Shown: positions 26,988 through 32,000 of the stretch, in pieces
How positions within the stretch are numbered: the first letter of the stretch is position 1
How the letters are laid out: each line of letters opens with the position of its first letter
From: Methanosphaera stadtmanae DSM 3091
Lineage (GTDB): Archaea; Methanobacteriota; Methanobacteria; Methanobacteriales; Methanobacteriaceae
DNA length: 32,000 bases
Assembly: GCF_000012545.1 (NCBI RefSeq)
Contig: NC_007681.1
Location: forward strand, 210,001 to 242,000
Direction of reading: 5' to 3'
Notes under the pieces: model-generated
Told to the model about the DNA's origin: nothing
The model's input: only the letters and a program-made list of their open reading frames with translations
Databases searched by the model: none
Position numbers and translations under genes: made by a program

Positions 26988-27791
26988 ATGTCTTCTATGA
27001 AATCAATAGTTTTTGATAATGCTGGTACAATTCTTAAAAGAATAACTGTGTTAAATGATGTTGTCCATAATAAATTAATTTATGAAACAAATACTATAGG
27101 TATTGCTAATCAAAAAAAAAGTAGAATCATAGTTGTATTACAGGAATCTGTAAATGAATTATCTAGACATACTGGAACATTATATGATTATCTAAAGGAT
27201 AATATGGAATATTTTGAAATTAGTTATTCACAAATAAATATCCTAAAAAGTGATGTTGTGGATGTATTGGCTAATGATTCAACATCGTTTCATGACTTAT
27301 TTTTAGCTACAAATACTTTGATTGAAAATTATGATGTTGAAATAATAAGTGGTTGTGCATTGATTGTTGATATGGATAATGGAATGATTGAATATGTATA
27401 TACAGCAGGTGGTGTATTTTTTGAAGATACAAGACGTGTTATGAATTTTATAAATAATTCACCACTATCAATCTACATAGCATCAGGTGATAATAAAGAG
27501 TCACTTAGTAAAATAGCATCTATTCTAAAAATACCCAAGTCTAATGTGTATAGTACTCTAAATAGGGAAGGTAAATACAATCTAGTAAACACTCTTCAAA
27601 GAAGGGGCGACTATGTGTACATGGTTGGAAATCATACAAATGATCAATTAGCTATAGAAGCTGCAAATACTGGCATATTAACATTAGAACAGGGAGAAAA
27701 TGTACCAGAGATACTAAAAGATTCAGCAGACCATATAATATATTCTATAGGCGATGTTATATCAATTATAAAAAAAAATAGGGGAGATTAG
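26988..27791 (+). CDS. HAD-superfamily protein, soluble P-type-ATPase-like
   Basis: 267-aa ORF. Motif I is FDNAGT (compare DKTGT). It also has SGDNKES, and its motif IV is VGNHTND (compare GDGxND). Confidence 0.65.
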   Translation: MSSMKSIVFDNAGTILKRITVLNDVVHNKLIYETNTIGIANQKKSRIIVVLQESVNELSRHTGTLYDYLKDNMEYFEISYSQINILKSDVVDVLANDSTSFHDLFLATNTLIENYDVEIISGCALIVDMDNGMIEYVYTAGGVFFEDTRRVMNFINNSPLSIYIASGDNKESLSKIASILKIPKSNVYSTLNREGKYNLVNTLQRRGDYVYMVGNHTNDQLAIEAANTGILTLEQGENVPEILKDSADHIIYSIGDVISIIKKNRGD

Positions 27792-28630
27792 ATTTTATTT
27801 AAAACTTCATTAATAATACGTTCCTTATCTTCCTCATTTTTTGCAACAACATTTAATGTATTTTCAAGAGCTTCTCTAGTTGGAGGTATTTCATTCAATG
27901 CAATAAGTGATCTAACCCAGTCAACAGTACTTCTTATGGAAGGTTTTTTAGATAAGTCTAATTTTCTTATTTTCTGAGTTTTTTCCACAATATCATCAAC
28001 TAAATTATTCTCAGCAAGGGGAACTCTCTTATTTACTATACTTACTTCACGTTCATATTCTGGATAATCAATATATAAGTATAAACATCTATCCTTTGTT
28101 TCATCAAGAAGAGTACGTTGTGCATTTGATGTGAGAACAACAATTAAATCATTTTTAAGTTCAAATGTATCTAAATCATTTACAGTAATTTCCTGTTCAC
28201 CTAATGCTTGAAGTAGAAAACTTTCAAGTTCTTCATCAGCCTTATCAATTTCATCAATTAAGAGTACTGATGGTTTTGTGTTACTAAATGCTGTTAGAAG
28301 GGGTCTTTGTATAAAGAATTCATTTGAAAATATCGTCATATCTTCCTTATTTTCCCTTGCTAATTCTAGGTATAATAACTGTTTCTGATAATTCCATTCT
28401 CCAACAACTTGCTCAAAGGTTATTCCCTCATAACATTGTATTCTAAAGAAGTCCCTGTCAAAACTTTCTGCAATTGTTTTTGCAAGTTCTGTTTTTCCAG
28501 TACCTGGCGGTCCTTCAATAAGTATTGGCTTTTTTAACATAAAAGCTAGAAACAATGTGGTATTTATTTGATTGTTAGAAATGTAATTATTTGCTTCTAA
28601 TTTTTTATTTATTTCTTCAATTTCTTTCAT
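27788..28630 (-). CDS. MoxR-like AAA+ ATPase
   Basis: Has Walker [13 protein letters not shown], Walker [13 protein letters not shown] and sensor-1 LTSN. The ATG at 28630 follows AGTGA. An alternative GTG at 28639 would overlap the upstream stop by 1 nt. Confidence 0.8.
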   Translation of the reverse strand: MKEIEEINKKLEANNYISNNQINTTLFLAFMLKKPILIEGPPGTGKTELAKTIAESFDRDFFRIQCYEGITFEQVVGEWNYQKQLLYLELARENKEDMTIFSNEFFIQRPLLTAFSNTKPSVLLIDEIDKADEELESFLLQALGEQEITVNDLDTFELKNDLIVVLTSNAQRTLLDETKDRCLYLYIDYPEYEREVSIVNKRVPLAENNLVDDIVEKTQKIRKLDLSKKPSIRSTVDWVRSLIALNEIPPTREALENTLNVVAKNEEDKERIINEVLNKI

Positions 28631-28638
28631 GTTTATCA

Positions 28639-29742
28639 CTATATTTCCACTATCTTATAATCTTTAGTTCCCATATTTAATTGTTGTGCAAAGTCTATTT
28701 GCATATGTCCATCTATATTTCTCCACACACCCTTAAATTTATCAGCACCTTCTTCATGGTTAGACTCAAGTGCTGAATCAATTAATCCAAGTTCCTTGTT
28801 TATAAGATCATAACTTGCCTTATCTATAGCTACAGGATCATAACTTGCTAGAATACCAATATCTCTAACAATTGGTCTGTCACTATACGGATTACAATCA
28901 CAATCTGGAGCAATATCTGTTAAAAAGTTAATATATAAGACTTTATCATCCTTATCTTTAACAGAACCATATGCATATTCCATCATTGATTCAATAAATT
29001 CCTCAGAATTAATTTTATTTAGTTTTATAGCATTTTTTGGACATGCACCTATACAATCATTACATCCGATACATTTTTCATAATTAATATGTGCATGTGT
29101 ATCTACTGTTATAGCATTTTCTGGACATGCATCTATACATACATTACATGCAAGACATGCAATTTTTGATATGAATGGTGCTGCAATTTTATGTTGATGG
29201 ATTTTTCCTCTTCTAGAAGCACATCCCATTGCTAGATTTTTAAGTGCTCCTCCAAATCCTGCTAGTATATGTCCTTTTACATGGGATATAACTATCATTG
29301 CATCACTATCATATATGTCCTTTGCAATTTTTACTTTGTTAAATAGTTTTTTATTTATTTCTACTTCAACATCACTACAACCTGTTAGTCCATCTGCAAT
29401 TATTACTGGAGCATTTATAACAGAATATGTAAATCCATGTTTTGTTGCAGTTTCTAAGTGATCCACACTATTATCACGTTTTGCGTGGTATAATGTGTTT
29501 GTATCAGTTAGAAATGGTTTTGAATTGAGTTTTTTTAATGCATCAACTATTTTTCTGGCATATTGTGGTTGTATATATCCAGTATTTCCTATTTCTCCAA
29601 AGTGTGTCTTTATTGCAACTTTATCATTTTCACTAATAAGAAATGAAAAACCAGTTCTTTCATATAATCTTTCTAGTTTTAGAAGTAAACTATCATTGGG
29701 ATTATTCGAAGTCATATTAGTGAAATATACTTCACTTTTCAT
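28639..29742 (-). CDS. DUF362-family iron-sulfur protein with an inserted 2x[4Fe-4S] ferredoxin domain
   Basis: 367-aa ORF. Shows a DUF362-like N-terminal pattern (VAIKTHFGE...PFLTDTNT) and two CxxCxxCxxxCP motifs ([24 protein letters not shown]). Confidence 0.75.
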   Translation of the reverse strand: MKSEVYFTNMTSNNPNDSLLLKLERLYERTGFSFLISENDKVAIKTHFGEIGNTGYIQPQYARKIVDALKKLNSKPFLTDTNTLYHAKRDNSVDHLETATKHGFTYSVINAPVIIADGLTGCSDVEVEINKKLFNKVKIAKDIYDSDAMIVISHVKGHILAGFGGALKNLAMGCASRRGKIHQHKIAAPFISKIACLACNVCIDACPENAITVDTHAHINYEKCIGCNDCIGACPKNAIKLNKINSEEFIESMMEYAYGSVKDKDDKVLYINFLTDIAPDCDCNPYSDRPIVRDIGILASYDPVAIDKASYDLINKELGLIDSALESNHEEGADKFKGVWRNIDGHMQIDFAQQLNMGTKDYKIVEI

Positions 29743-29932
29743 ATTTTAGCCACTTATTATTAAATAATTAATACTATTGAATTTACTTTATAAATACTTT
29801 AATAATATTGTATATTTTTTTATATATGTAAAAAAGTTTATATATAAAATATTATATATACTAATCTGTACTTAAAATGAAAATAATTTTATAAAATGTT
29901 ATATTAACTTAGTGATATGGAGGACAAAAAAT

Positions 29933-30358
29933 ATGGTGGGAAAGGATATTAACTCTTGTGATTTTGAAGAAATCATGCTAAATACCAAATTTCACAATGC
30001 TCTTGTAAAAGGAGTACGTAATATCTTTATTCTATGGTTAATTAGTAAAGAAAAAATTCATGGTTATGGAATAATGTCCATATTAAATAAAACCCATTCT
30101 GATGTGTCTGGAAAGAAAGCTGTACATAGTAGTACAATCTATCCAATATTACATACTTTAGAAAAAGATGGTTTAATAAAAAGTTCTCAAGAATTAAATG
30201 GAAATCATAAAGTTAAAATGTATGAAATTACAAATAAAGGTCTTAAAATGCTAGATTCACTAAAACAATTCATGCATAAAAAACGACCAGAAAATAACAT
30301 GCTAATTTCATTCTTTGATGACATGCTTTTTAATGATAACATGTTTATAAAAAAATGA
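29933..30358 (+). CDS. PadR-family transcriptional regulator
   Basis: Winged-helix PadR pattern (IHGYGIMSILNK...STIYPILHTLEKDGLIKS). The ATG at 29933 is 9 nt after GGAGG. The ORF-track GTG start at 29912 is less likely. Confidence 0.8.
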   Translation: MVGKDINSCDFEEIMLNTKFHNALVKGVRNIFILWLISKEKIHGYGIMSILNKTHSDVSGKKAVHSSTIYPILHTLEKDGLIKSSQELNGNHKVKMYEITNKGLKMLDSLKQFMHKKRPENNMLISFFDDMLFNDNMFIKK

Positions 30359-30368
30359 GGGTGAATAA

Positions 30369-31445
30369 ATGAAATATTCTATAGAAACTCATGATTTAGT
30401 AAAAATTTATGACAATGGTTTTAAAGCTGTGGATAATTTAAATTTATTCATCGAAGATAAAACTATAGGTGGAATATTAGGACCAAATGGTGCTGGTAAA
30501 ACAACAACAATAAAAATGCTAACATGTCTTATTCAAAAAACAAGTGGAGATGCAAAGGTAGCAGGGTTTGATGTTTCAACCAATCCTGATGATGTAAGAA
30601 GTAGAATAGGAATGGTACCACAACAAATAAGTTTATATAAAGACTTAACAGTAAGAGAAAATGTTGAATTATGTGCAGATTTTTATAATGTTGACCAAAG
30701 AATTAAAGATAAAAAAATTGATGACCTACTTGATCTAGTAAATATAAGCTATGCTCAAGATAAATACGTTAATCAATTATCTGGTGGAATGCAACAAAAA
30801 ACATCAGTTGTAGCTAGTTTGATTCATAATCCTGAAATCTTATTTTTAGATGAACCTACAGTAGGATTAGATCCTACAACAAAAAGAGTATTATGGGATT
30901 TAATGCTTGAATTAAATGATGAAGGAAAAAGCATAATTCTATGTTCACATGATATGTATGAAGTAGATAAAATATGTGATTCAATAAATATCATAGATTC
31001 AGGTAAAGTAGTAGCAAACAATACACCACAAGGACTTAAAGATCAATTACTAAAAACAAAAGAAGAAACTAATAAAAATATTCGTTCAATGATTTTAAAA
31101 TTAGAAGAAGAAGGAACAAAAGGTAATGAAGAAAAAATAAATCATCTAAGAGCTTCATTAACTGATGAAAATGAAAAAGTTACAGTCATGGTATCTAACA
31201 TTACTGATGAAATGGTTGAAGCAGTAAGAGACTTAGAAGTAGTAACAGATGCAAAACATGTGGGTAATGGTCGTTTGAATATAGACCTAAAACGTTCAGA
31301 AACTTCAGTAAATCATGTAATAACAGCTATTTTAAGTAATGGTGGAAATATAGCTTCAATAAAAACGAATGATCCTACATTAGAAGATGTATTTGTAGCT
31401 ATCACTGCAAAACAAAGAACGGAGATTAAAAATGGCAGAAATTAA
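30369..31445 (+). CDS. ABC transporter ATP-binding protein (ABC-2/DrrA-like) with an extended C-terminal domain
   Basis: Has Walker A GPNGAGKTT, signature LSGGMQQK, Walker B ILFLDEPT and an H-loop SHD. GAGGGTGA RBS present. Confidence 0.9.
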   Translation: MKYSIETHDLVKIYDNGFKAVDNLNLFIEDKTIGGILGPNGAGKTTTIKMLTCLIQKTSGDAKVAGFDVSTNPDDVRSRIGMVPQQISLYKDLTVRENVELCADFYNVDQRIKDKKIDDLLDLVNISYAQDKYVNQLSGGMQQKTSVVASLIHNPEILFLDEPTVGLDPTTKRVLWDLMLELNDEGKSIILCSHDMYEVDKICDSINIIDSGKVVANNTPQGLKDQLLKTKEETNKNIRSMILKLEEEGTKGNEEKINHLRASLTDENEKVTVMVSNITDEMVEAVRDLEVVTDAKHVGNGRLNIDLKRSETSVNHVITAILSNGGNIASIKTNDPTLEDVFVAITAKQRTEIKNGRN

Positions 31446-32000
31446 TAAGATAAAATGGATGATTAAAAAGGATCTCCTAACATTATGGAGACATAAAGTT
31501 CAATTTGCATCTTTAATTCTATTTCCAATTTTAATGATTGCCTTATGTGGATGGGGTATGGGAGGAACAGTAGAAAACACTCCTGTAGTCGTTGTAAAAC
31601 AATCATCTGGTGATGTAACAGATCAAGTAATCAATGCATTAAAAGCAGATGATACATTTGATATAAAGGACATAATGACAAATTCGGATGATGCAAAGGA
31701 AAAAGTAGATAATGGTGAAGTTAAAGCAGCAATCATACTTTCAAGTGACTTTGAAAGTTCAAATTCAAAGAATGCAGTCTTATATATTGACTCATCAGAT
31801 CAACTGACAACACAAACACTAGTTCCAAAAACAGAACAAATATTTGCCTCACTATCAGAAAAAGTAGGAACACAACAAGTAAATGCAAACACCACAACAA
31901 ATCCAATAACACAAACAGCACAAACAATAAAATTACAAGTTAATAAGATATATGGTGATTTAGATTACATAGATTTCCTATTACCTGGAGTACTTGCAAT
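31432..32000 (+). CDS. ABC-2 type transporter permease (5' part, runs off the window)
   Basis: Open frame from the ATG at 31432, overlapping the ATPase gene by 14 nt, with GGAG upstream. It begins MAEINKIKWMIKKDLLTLWRHKVQFASLILFPILMIALCGWG, which has an N-terminal TM helix, then a large extracytoplasmic loop typical of ABC-2 permeases. No stop codon before the window ends. Confidence 0.7.
   Translation, partial: MAEINKIKWMIKKDLLTLWRHKVQFASLILFPILMIALCGWGMGGTVENTPVVVVKQSSGDVTDQVINALKADDTFDIKDIMTNSDDAKEKVDNGEVKAAIILSSDFESSNSKNAVLYIDSSDQLTTQTLVPKTEQIFASLSEKVGTQQVNANTTTNPITQTAQTIKLQVNKIYGDLDYIDFLLPGVLA

Noticed and set aside
1-32000. CRISPR arrays, rRNA genes, transposases or IS elements, toxin-antitoxin pairs, and restriction-modification or other defence systems.
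   Set aside because: I looked for regularly spaced direct repeats and for ORFs with the corresponding motifs on both strands and found none. Apart from the hypothetical ORFs listed, all sizeable ORFs are accounted for by metabolic, translation or transport functions.

Overview
This is a very AT-rich archaeal chromosomal window with nearly pure A/T intergenic DNA. Gene content points to a methanogen of the Methanobacteriales, and it most resembles Methanosphaera, a methanol+H2 methanogen. That assignment is an inference from gene content only, because no search was possible.

Bases 1-14.6 kb carry compact housekeeping genes: a Get3/ArsA-like ATPase, nadE, leuS, tRNA-Arg(GCG), a CobQ/CbiA-type amidotransferase with inverted domain order, ribB, an orphan ORF, archaeal ribK, hisG, a FAH-family protein, a TfrA-like flavoprotein and gatA.

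Bases 15-27 kb form a methanol:coenzyme M methyltransferase island. It contains mtaA, an orphan gene on the opposite strand, three tandem mtaB-mtaC operons and a RamA-type corrinoid activase. All of these have strong codon bias and long AT-rich spacers.

Bases 27-32 kb carry a soluble P-type-ATPase-like HAD protein, a tightly coupled DUF362 Fe-S protein plus MoxR AAA+ ATPase pair, and a PadR regulator followed by ABC-2 transporter genes. The permease runs off the window.

I found no CRISPR array, transposase, integrase, rRNA or recognisable defence system.

The items that look least described are:
- cis-elements shared by the mtaB upstream regions: an identical 24-mer and covarying palindromes
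- clear mosaic gene conversion among the three mtaBC copies
- the domain-swapped amidotransferase
- the DUF362-MoxR pair next to the corrinoid activation gene
- two orphan ORFs embedded in the mta and riboflavin clusters

None of these is proven to be a new system from sequence alone.
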